The position numbers and the translations under genes are program-made. A stretch of 56,720 bases of DNA, from the NCBI GenBank assembly GCA_964545245.1, contig CAZJFC010000004.1:1-56720 (forward strand), given 5' to 3'. Shown here piece after piece: positions 56,689-56,720 of this stretch; positions within the stretch are counted from its first letter, which is position 1, and every line of letters begins with the position of its first letter. Below the pieces are notes generated by a model. That model worked only from the letters and a program-made list of their open reading frames with translations, ran no database searches and was not told where the DNA came from. This stretch comes from an uncultured Rickettsiales bacterium. Lineage in GTDB: Bacteria > Pseudomonadota > Alphaproteobacteria > Rickettsiales > 21-14-0-20-44-7.

Positions 56689-56720
56689 AAGTAAAGAGTG
56701 ATTTCATAGGTAAGTTTATA

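Overview
This 56.7-kb window looks like chromosomal DNA from a low-GC bacterium (roughly 35-42% in core genes by my hand counts). It is probably a host-associated alphaproteobacterium, judging from a 17-kDa-antigen-type lipoprotein, SURF1, a split gcvP and a tad pilus; this is an inference. All translations, motif matches and GC values were done by eye, and no database search was possible.

- **1-19218 (minus strand):** the 5' part of one giant gene, at least 6406 codons. It has no stop in the window, which is why it is absent from the ORF track. It encodes a two-partner-secretion (TpsA, filamentous-haemagglutinin-like) exoprotein built from nested Gly-rich repeats.
- **19.4-23.6 kb:** a divergent TpsB transporter gene follows. 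Next come a strikingly GC-rich recQ and a tRNA-Met(CAU).
- **23.6-33.8 kb:** five tandem paralogous small lipoprotein genes of a family I do not recognise. After them come a selO pseudogene with an internal deletion and a seven-gene tad/cpa pilus-assembly operon with no pilin gene nearby.
- **34-49.9 kb:** housekeeping genes. These are guaA, SURF1, an Rrf2 regulator, a qor-like gene, an M23 peptidase, tal, xerC, Gly-zipper lipoproteins, SapC, an entericidin-type lipoprotein and ogt. The glycine-cleavage operon gcvT-gcvH-gcvPA / gcvPB also lies here and is split by a 2-kb two-gene insertion.
- **50-56.7 kb:** a mosaic defence and mobile region. It begins with a Fur-family 3' fragment joined directly to a 447-codon Cas9 N-terminal stump. 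Beside the stump is an apparently intact tracrRNA-like gene running from promoter to terminator. A type II restriction-modification cassette follows (REase, HTH-fused C5-methyltransferase, Vsr), then a 12-bp-periodic 9-mer array. The region ends with a Rep/SpoVG-containing element remnant that runs to the window edge.

The most interesting signals are the orphan tracrRNA beside the Cas9 stump, the five-gene lipoprotein array, and the giant modular TpsA.
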